DNA of 57,920 bases from Proteromonas lacertae. Its lineage: Eukaryota. The stretch covers positions 1 to 57,920 of the forward strand of contig NGBS01000337.1 in assembly GCA_002245135.1 (NCBI GenBank). The letters are read 5' to 3'. The notes beneath the pieces are model-generated. The model was not told the origin of the DNA, made no database searches, and saw only the letters and a program-made list of their open reading frames with translations. Both the position numbers and the translations under genes were made by a program. Shown here in pieces: positions 57,843-57,920 of this stretch (its first letter is position 1; the number at the start of each line of letters is the position of its first letter).

Positions 57843-57920
57843 AAATAATCATGTTTTTGTTATTTTTGTTATGAGTAAAGTTAATTTAGAAAAAATAAAC
57901 AACATAGTCATATAAATCCT

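Larger units (their letters stand above)
51890..57920. mobile_element. Polinton-like element C (partial, runs off window end; left boundary uncertain)
   Basis: ORF-Y, ORF-X, penton and MCP in conserved order, opposite orientation to A and B. Confidence 0.85.

Overview
Very AT-rich eukaryotic DNA made of nested mobile elements and a glycan-modification gene island. It holds three related Polinton/Maverick-type endogenous viruses. Element A (40-12730) has both TIRs and a 6-bp TSD but is internally deleted, and it sits inside the major capsid gene of element B. Element B (1-39 and 12731-~20484) is further broken by TGT..ACA MITEs and a MULE-like element with a 1437-bp inverted duplication. Element C occupies ~51.9 kb to the window end, and a fourth pPolB C-terminal remnant lies at 42.0-43.1 kb. 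Between B and C (~21-51.5 kb) are intronless, signal-anchored glycan genes: a WecB-glycosyltransferase fusion, GT17, GT31, GT61, a fucosyltransferase-like GT, GT-A proteins, methyltransferases and four broken OafA-type acyltransferases. These are mixed with eroded fragments (NrdJ, Hsp70, kinases, HYDIN, Ulp1 protease) and a 3.2-kb near-identical duplication. Some viral genes carry 27-33-nt GT..AG introns and a downstream TGTTTGTT motif, which suggests but does not prove a Blastocystis-like host. Family calls come from motif recognition only; no searches were run. Single-base frameshifts in homopolymers may be sequencing errors.
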